NCBI GenBank assembly: GCA_963613725.1
Contig: CAVEAP010000002.1
Location: 1-30,641 of the forward strand
Direction: 5' to 3'
Length of the DNA: 30,641 nt
Source of the DNA: [Ruminococcus] torques
Lineage (GTDB): Bacteria > Bacillota > Clostridia > Christensenellales > UBA1242
The first letter of the stretch is position 1. Every line of letters starts with the position of its first letter. This document shows positions 29,601 through 30,641 of this stretch, piece by piece. The translations under genes and the position numbers were made by a program. The notes beneath the pieces are model-generated. The model was not told the origin of the DNA. It made no database searches and worked only from the letters and a program-made list of their open reading frames with translations.

Positions 29601-30474
29601 GGGATATGTAAAAACCAACATAGCCATCTAATGTACTTGGAAGATTGTCTTGCACCTCATAGGAAGTTATGTCATTTTGGTTCAAAATGCGAAATCCGTT
29701 TGCTTCAAGATTTGGCAAAATTTTAATGCGAAATTTCTTTTTGAATGCTTCATTTGTTGGATTGTTTTTTTGATATGTTGAAATTTCAATGACACCACCT
29801 TTGTCATCTTCTTCCAAATATTCATAAAAATCACCATTTTGATATTCTTTTTCGCCAACGCAATAAACAATGTCGGGCATAACAGAACCTGTTGGCCCAA
29901 ACTTGAACAAAATGTCGGTGGAAAACTGAAATTTAGCACCTTTGATGATTGCCATGTTGGTGATTTGGTCAAAAGTTTGGTTGCTTTCAACTTCAACCGC
30001 ATTTGAATAGGCCATGGTGCTTGCCACTTGGTCAACTTTCACAAACACTTTCAGCGTTTTTGTGTTGTCCTCTTTTGCCATCAATGTAACATAGGAACTT
30101 TTGTTGCTTGAAGTTGGTGCTGACGCCGTGATTTTTACTCGTGTTTTTTGAGTAAGGCTGTCAAACACTGTGTCAACAGCAACAGCATTTCCGCTTGATG
30201 AAGCCACAACGCTTCGGTCAACCGAATTGTCCCCTCCTGTTACTTTCACAAAAAAAGTTGCAATGGCCTTTTCCGTTAAATTTCCACTGCTGTCTTTTTC
30301 GTAAACAAGCGAAAGGTTGTAATCTCCGTTTTCATCCAAAGTTACAACTTCATTTTCTTCAATTTCAATTTTCATGCCTTTTCGTGAATCGCCACACGCA
30401 GAAAAAGCAAAGCAGGCAACAAAGCCCACAAAAAGCAAAATCCAAACAATTTGCCAAATCTTTGATTTCGTCAT
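8641..30474 (-). CDS. Giant (7277 aa) predicted surface lipoprotein/adhesin with Ig-like domains and GLUG-motif beta-helix blocks
   Basis: 21,834-bp open frame. Signal peptide with lipobox FSA|C27. Dozens of (V/I)GG(L/I)(V/A)GxN GLUG-type motifs. Repeated YxLxxD(I/L)D...FxG.(F)DGNGHTI caps. Big_2-like segments. AGGAG RBS at 30481-30485. Confidence 0.92.
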   Translation of the reverse strand: MTKSKIWQIVWILLFVGFVACFAFSACGDSRKGMKIEIEENEVVTLDENGDYNLSLVYEKDSSGNLTEKAIATFFVKVTGGDNSVDRSVVASSSGNAVAVDTVFDSLTQKTRVKITASAPTSSNKSSYVTLMAKEDNTKTLKVFVKVDQVASTMAYSNAVEVESNQTFDQITNMAIIKGAKFQFSTDILFKFGPTGSVMPDIVYCVGEKEYQNGDFYEYLEEDDKGGVIEISTYQKNNPTNEAFKKKFRIKILPNLEANGFRILNQNDITSYEVQDNLPSTLDGYVGFYISQGNSYVLVTEDNLKNMGIEVGETQIYVRGITKLTLVNNHTESDNKASLEIDSDFDLTLLNFEFVYDNKKLEKRDSEDANKFELVGLESGETTVKIEMAYDGILNSPVVTKTLNVKILKYAKEIWLNQVSQEYTESKPASSAPESYYGHYYREGNSSYYSYALITKDNWASLISSKTITPGTTPIYDKTPYNLVVFSEYAEGIDGANFFVELLDFSEGYGTFELAFDMTKQEKYPNVGALAEQLSIYDTTSKKSYKLIDENTWQTLEFESGTKLVLSFEGDKLGYLPLVVRAKNSAQSQSVEREVLVKLSSGITNIELDTSVFQYDGYVPLTISNAGGEMIKQSKTIKLKVTPFESTDLIDSKELASYLTATSSNAKIVSTGTMYGNTDKTVEFNITPEGTMQNGSGEAVVTIISINGVSFSFDVKTFMIMEKATLTVNNNTSANVLHGDREQEAKGESLSWMKIKKGDQAIFDVNIYPEDAGLSNVTITKATYNKDTNDYTETEDSPEFADFDANVLDRTIILRTKANGTEIVCVSFEYSVFDEDKKEFKTETQKVFFELTVYVAISKFGIGDGFLQEEELTLYYSKETTSGTDSSKFVYRKNQSTQKLSINLNPNDSTVQAKDVEWYILTDSKKSLGSHEMGLEIEITNSATDGKGQVDSSFYGSYVTVSASQPASTSATFSVVAKIEDANGISYSVTFKILVTQSNLVGSVNLNNYDETEGIYFETTTGLAHAPKDEDRLASKNNQNGTNDDIENKIVQYIDAKAGNVGSQIPTNSNLSYILFDANENWEPTGHVKQYSSSSVWLGFDYATGQYFVTPISAGRTVVYILPQDSLVKFESDIQSVSDLQDVLSGSQTLSWKTVHVTVADGYKTYFRLYDGENIANIANNTTLWDKNYYVMNDIDMTGFCDGWSPIGNRNTAFTGSLTSMPELKTTLEFEWNSKTYYICDDQVFDSDKLNKRVAKISQNNSSENEFEIYGNTFKYTGTQLTVNGTQFDMKNKIVSLTQTYTIYGISFENAKLQQNENSFGFFGEFAGKLSNLAFSFDQSVFGTVDNPFVVSSKEANVGLLIGHLAENAECTPTTVDGYVGRYKNEGTDTDKFVLISDKTTAEALYNNGQGQKVYAFSSFQNISVSATFSACFEKGGSQNSTVNFGVIGLNECGESFSEFGGLEVLMSSACFKVSKNPVCVNFGSAIGQNNKKTQNIKVSSLNVSVEQDSVQNDSNFGGVVGNSSGTLSNIECAGKIDVDSSLNLNYLGGIVGRTSANLSNCVSAVKLCDAQNVGGIVGGAMGTVSLSHCIYQIFEKGSALKSNKGNVGGLVGMAWSNSVLTITYSYVISYVELSNSFEITEIDGICVGGLVGKGKEITISSSFVIASLAGTKVGGLVGKSDDKTIISNCFVRGQIKGNSEQASLFVAEGSKGSIEYSYSVLKTEEPLKMVGNSTMNVNKNNYVLYGTLSTSGATTLTDAQMQDKSNFGGFTFYDEENKNGKWVMPNTTTGKQYPLLCDENGTTLYPTIPTNLGFDVLDALPNGIVKVSENEIIVNKTLFAGETNLTDVVSIFVEPQSLSGKLESIPISIVLSNGSIVNILHPDLENLSFTIKGNGTETIVVTCRQNSAVFAVLKICVVEGFDVFKVYSSQEEKDKEDAETSKNGIQADYSMKNGTSRSILKDTTENWYIHFYGKKDSESTGFSASGNLGGGVAFAVNEKFAKIGEDIFKNIQIGEQIFSRAEIMEQILSVKDKTFENLKTKFLEIFGTSGKVNYVETESGFDHLDLYVNDYWFARVFEENGQFVYNAVFYAENTSNVEVSTFNLTNGEISVMAVPFLKGIFAQTQGNTVLSDYQNKIVLDFDLAQNYNISVYAGVKNLKIEGGSGEEDAPDTIESSQQIVFDVTLESDSDLDKQTGVELALFVMEDGSSEWKQVLTKEYISVEGENQTFKTKISWGDGFESKYDFNMSEISVDVDSIFQTFTFQISQSYRYELTENQKFKMVVKNYAFAEGIKTITKTIWFDVEPQSLTDDPELAHFADAELTANEGTNVGGILRNAGSNPTNKIIAGEYGLLRVSLSPDYAMFDRVEITSDVQNNDIISFQQRVASYVEEKGQNVTNYYLYESGVTPITNGIVASRVSNCIYNDKTNSFDKVWFDGNLYFQTLIASTTVSAKKFTIHVAVYFRDKLVRENSLEISVVSNFNLQWSYDTIMTSDKNSVVPTAYVAIGTGGAKAQPTSAELEANPSLVNWQNTQNVFSLKKTGVFQNVSSAKIDSVLDANGKKLSNEASAKFLEKVKLEPKSSGSGLDEYYLNVQGFSNDSADAENFFENYLGYTITLTVSGFKYDENNIKLTIHRSINVVLVDFVLQNGAFYVKYGTDTTLSDDATPNSIDLPYFKNAFYKIEVGIDKTKVIGNLDFVGRKIDEFVNILNLSPTTDANFSLQNFVSTKLNSEKNVFYAKQMWFIQKDSTENSFFQAEKTSNDGIVFGVKTSLSDLKENSETNNASIVDNFYSMYALLFESSQTSTERGYYIHPTNRTTGTESLSLCLDGVQFVYEKGQFTLQNTTFFQLKANLQEGYIDGNSVTIPEASNTFSVPSISFNLTFSQQTSVDSPIPIYDETGFLNDLEEGKHYRLMADLDFSDITKYPTYTPLDVAFASFDGNGHTITLSENFNTTAVSSNEGSETNPANFGLFKKIYAGSVVKNLTLVCKTVTADLSAFQYANFGVLAGTNLGSIYNCEVKNFEKEGQNTTTNGVVNVKTSSSLNSSTYVGGLVGQNLEGSLADSLNNVGQISNSRIQNLNLVATGTALSNNFGSAVLGGFVGQNNGHIASSFVDWGIVQNNSILISIAMTGGFVGINEGTIMTSHVGTGYVVEFGGTQTTKVTQTLKSNVNAGGFVVLNDGDISDCFSAVDMTENVSEELAVSSEAVSGGFVCKNDSSGTITRSYSVSHLPKNNQAHTPFVGPNKQNDFQSLNNLNANGITESAFLDLDFGKASVKLTEDMGIMNYKIEHFINKNNRNMDAWEYFGVSRNNEADSKVLLEITNNWVFANSDTNQFFNTKNILGQDLIDAENRKYGSDNTPTISILGPQLVSAHLVASEGWQTATYSTQEAKYIYEGRLNGNQTEITYKANIVGESLVVGPRVISSAEELYYNLVDDYNDGYIVDDWYRLVSNIDLNDLVEKGLDISIFGTRTFAGRIEGNGFKINSIDLSARKDVETPIETLGKKYSTFGLFGQILTKQDENDNFVGQTYASITNLELGVIAVRASLVNYVGALAGYANNVVVSGVTLTAKNTSNVHVIGRNMVGGLFGKLVGKSQVFNVTSDLSVSAVFGNSESNTYTYNRDLLNLYGYSSEDGSPQIDKDIIKLSTFSDISLCYAGGILGVCDLTPFGKELLVLSHSYFSEVKLTSLKVTGTSKTVGTIAGGVVGLLGASSQASDLWKVTEDGAYIKGSRFAGGVVGENHGALNYARITYKQEIQDVVDASTYVGAVSSSERFSSFQGSSYAIGGVVGFNIGIANGSQAGTIKNSYSKVRVVNTLAKIAGGIVGVAVGGQFDSNFATGSVLSSATGTTGGAFGGILTFNDEELKKVLTSPFSTIKNNQFTIKISNNGMDTSYTIVLKHGSGGAPTEAIVNNKSYAINANKLELTVNGVMSTYYYYTLKQPTTQDDNSALLSQCFIYDDAVYTSTQAIENQIKREGNTNHYATKINQWSYAGMTYQVARINRIVAKNNWSFEDYSKLSNIQSNGHLGGFIGRTTQNTSDYPLEYSNLLGVSGHTSIKSDAVYNEENFKTGKVKQSGEKNFYVSKVFASQQNITSSSETTTALTLALVGESEASSVLVSQNNGSYVEYVDLASGLTRNSMYNFSYNKSKTYDRMFEVWSIYDYGTQINENSTRLSDYKITNYDAYGMPIYDPIVGFTKIQITTTDEWLAMNENPDADYQLMNDLDFSGVDYTSIGREGTVFTGSLTGLVEDEEGNQIVNTIYNIDIKGEHNGLWGTTNGAVIENLNVVGITGHDYNGTANTFGLLIGTATDTTIRNITIKKENDFVLSSQNKESYFEINEKLYKKDNTKITLVAEAPKSIYITTAGTTTEVSFKQTNSFFDINNAVLSPRTYYVVENGIDTTKIYFTNDNSNNTQKIDSATVTDTTRSGEVKINGDSYIIFQGKLFKKISEESQKNINIEGAIFEIDDVTYEFKTKTIEFDTNTNSFEIDGTTCVVNGDKIQANKKNIAKIDNNGQFLFNNRYYTYDSEHKTVTMNAVAMTSAKNQIDLIPYPQISSETNFYTGGLVGQYIGNSCVDTKGTEVELKNLVVDADIYLDLKNIKASGMTGGLFGSISGSSNSGESLLVKQGFFSGIIETISSTNNPNANNNVPIINQGGIAGMMKNVTLDGMVADVTMNAKLLAGTTHYVGGIVGRSESLSALTNIVVLGDIVVDVVSEQNSGFYVGGVVGKANADLSKVVNAPNIIINTLDSTDSTTTRWNVVNMGQDCQYVGGLAGEIEGNVSYVESVASIMNYTTLKNVNALFGHSAPSLNEGNNVNVFYDKQVALVSQQTVNESNTTFNATYHALSTDNIILNMYGFSVFRWTGSFSYPILNLELFDDPSKVECVMQDADGNPTYNFIEKYKQVVVNAEKGTKLNPKTISNLEEFKTVLDNQTYTYYIQTADITGTDISDVNFVGFYNGNGHSITGAIVSDLYGRTVKNAGLFGGLKSIDKTHTASVATTTSFSYYRGSAVTALNANYEKLAVKNNKSGEYVSVGILVGTVDAHGIVYGCVTSGNIILNGTLTANNAIGGIAGRNFGQIVASGSSADVWANGGTVNGSTRTVYVGGLAGLLKGYDIGNPNKFDYGSNSKLNPITKGLKVDNPTIYAVSNSFFTGTIRFGQVGNFVAGGLAGAILSCADEDTFGGQNINGKTYLENSYVSATAVVKQGANDYKIYQSGDSPKTEGEKIKASSIVGASETLNASSCTRNLWYDTNLQNENPTDENGVSISKDKKYTIAKQSGAKKFYASTEIANKDTEFYNTLSDNFSGQANIGYNWQANIGYNFGLCTPGIVANMGQSTGIGTESSPFVVKHASHFVWATQQNKGILDKIDDKNLDEQTKKEKEETAKNPNISYPYVQMGIDLDYASISTSYSQLTGKDMVSTATFGGEHGSVLNGNGFYIQNSQGVLFDENHGTIEKLGFKNSNFKNNSAPCYVAITNNGALKEIYIKADCKPNEKVIKLFFNSGNGSLQNSLTNNQRIDNNGTLYDTTTVSYSNVCDILFGAEDLIDVWYVKHQSGKVDDETGTGTFVLRAFDKNASKYDVFGIIGTDNYTDSEDNITLSDDWDIKEDKKGTIYITTKEQYIALVQYYQENEKNVFHPYNIVIASNINMEGLELSHLGTYFAGQNNGTKQTYLTGQVVLTNAETGITTYGKTHKIENFGLTNDSMIDVFAGTVTNLNISNVSLIASKNSAVLFTSNDSTTGYVEGNSVSNVNISHVLANAKFGNELDADNKENFARLGIVADSSLAQITNTFVSNVTINVKNGSGQEVFVGGFVAVNKTASVQQTAQEGDTVVNDTTKIVYGSISESGVKDVSISVNAAKFNNSKASANDNETDKQTTTNAEIGVVVGGLVGQNTANITMNPIDSVKPDDNVGVQNVTVSGNAKSVGFVVGVNNGSGKVEIGKKVEATINARAANVGGIFGEIRAIYGGITLKDTASVNLTISSENSITNVGGIAGIYKISTGSQTTVNGNITINYESESSVTSLGGIAGQFAKATTGAGSSTVAITITKDQNSKNTYPTISIKNPKAQYVGGLIGFNGDTLNGGDNNTDFECVMEYVIETNININSTNANSVGGLFGRSFRQIGVVKGNSNTKQQIIYNDCNDGKDYKMEISGNALYVGGIVGYNRQTIYVTSFSNATIETYGYALDALEDETQKLLTQKGFDVTGGKTGFVGGLVGYSYGKNNPANVEANIYGYDVKNLNITSDRYVGGLVGYNDSCSTIGTSSIYNSTLTGGHHIGGIAGANRGVIKGTSIATSDAVHVDSVTISGFKLLGLITGENIGTQAEEQSSSESSSESISKLSSGLISNVIVRDVFVNSNPVKNTSSGEGESAGNTLTNETSTTETGSKTTSNEQISSPMKVTFNSASEDNSGQGILVSVNRQYAVLDSVYVGLSHSDNTFTFDKGDNIGFVGLNEGRVSNLGIYISTNATGPETTEDKTTEGETETKNNTSINAESSDSNIIKFNTETSSNNVGIIGKSTKTSFVQVVKVRGPKAMFTISGNENVGAIGYCENQIAELDSGVDIFTGKGTNDTQAGLELSNITFKGNINVGAVGSYVGGQEEGNEQYNINIKITDSVSIKGTTNIGVIGKLENTTSINFVTQGSVSVNGTTNVGGLVGYAGGNISGNIELLRSEQSIVINNSETNVGGLVGTLAENYSFIPTAIKFSNEDNFMIQISGKENVGGIIGLNNGTFAPIKTASAGQDTSVSATDTTTNSFELCKVKVNGTTNVGGIAGKNTSTIGSDNSAISILNPNVEGTENVGGIAGQNTGSITNISVNSSTIEGTTCVGGFVGLNEAKAKISTCTISQGTVGGDVKVGGFVGDNQGTVEESTSKQPTISGTRIVGGAIGYNEKDATLTYPKFPSDSNGKRTNIKGHHNVGGLVGVNGGTIEGGTSQNYVNYLYVKVGATDTYLGTYNFGGVAGVNFATGKVFDTVINAQIYNADTLVGGLFGSNYASIENFWQLKIDDQAKITDNKPTLHWGGIKIPLKSDYTTEEEGFNEIAYREAFYKSIYMYYIYGDDNKKFILYDSYTTDSKGKPIGTPMGVSVSGDMTDFYGGINEVPTAIEKAYYNNDKLLYNYQAIVGMHIGYDTGGVSCTYYKQDTTRVTYGSDNYTNAYIICTIPEITKKETNTALIKLTFGRIVVGYDKAIDSYSSGVSYEVGDYVNYQGMDYCVSTTISKDENKGWATISGKVKQITPDTKEICVIYTKGFNINTARDFIGIPGKAIYSNTY
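11451..11480. repeat. In-frame 12-bp tandem repeat (2.5 copies) within the giant gene
   Basis: TTGATTCTGAAC x2 plus TTGATT, encoding QSSSESSSES. Confidence 0.8.
14499..14546. repeat. Perfect in-frame 24-bp tandem duplication within the giant gene
   Basis: AGTTGTAGCCAATGTTTGCTTGCC x2, encoding GQANIGYNWQANIGYNF. Confidence 0.92.
30394..30474 (-). other. Lipoprotein (SPase II) signal peptide
   Basis: MTKSK basic n-region, hydrophobic IWQIVWILLFVGFVACFA, lipobox F-S-A-C followed by G-D-S. Confidence 0.8.
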
Positions 30475-30573
30475 AAAAAACTCCTACTTTTTAGTTTGCA
30501 AAACTTTTTTGGTTTTATGTTAAAGTTAAAGCAATTTTGCCACAGCAAAACAAAAAACCCAGTTTTCATCTAA

Positions 30574-30603
30574 ATTATATCAAAATGCGAGGCAAAAAGT
30601 CAA
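30574..30603 (-). promoter_or_regulatory. SigA promoter of the giant gene
   Basis: Minus strand TTGACT, 18-bp spacer, TATAAT with TG extended -10, about 100 bp upstream of the ATG. Confidence 0.7.
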
Positions 30604-30641
30604 ATAAATTTGGCATAATTATATAATTTTATTATATAACT

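Noticed and set aside
9037..30476. Many 60-170-aa ORFs antisense or out of frame within the giant gene
   Set aside because: Shadow ORFs caused by the codon bias of the real gene. I noticed no recognisable motifs in them.

Overview
AT-rich bacterial chromosomal segment using genetic code 11. Sigma70/SigA-type promoters with TGn extended -10 boxes, AGGAG ribosome-binding sites and a YyaC-like gene suggest a low-GC Firmicute, probably a Clostridia-like organism (inference). Bases 1-7800 hold nine small genes: archaeal-type cytidylate kinase, two unknown membrane proteins, nucleoside phosphorylase, Bax-inhibitor/YccA protein, NUDIX hydrolase, a coiled-coil protein, CvpA and a YyaC-like protein. 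Bases 7790-8640 are intergenic, with a GC-rich cluster of REP-like palindromic elements, a terminator and a degenerate ~35-bp tandem array. Bases 8641-30474 are one uninterrupted 21.8-kb gene for a 7277-aa predicted lipoprotein. It is built from Ig-like domains and about seven GLUG/M26_N-like beta-helix blocks, and appears to carry at least two families of small inserted modules plus a C-terminal CBM5/12-like motif. No rRNA, tRNA, CRISPR array, transposase or integrase was recognised. All domain calls are by-eye motif recognition, not database hits.
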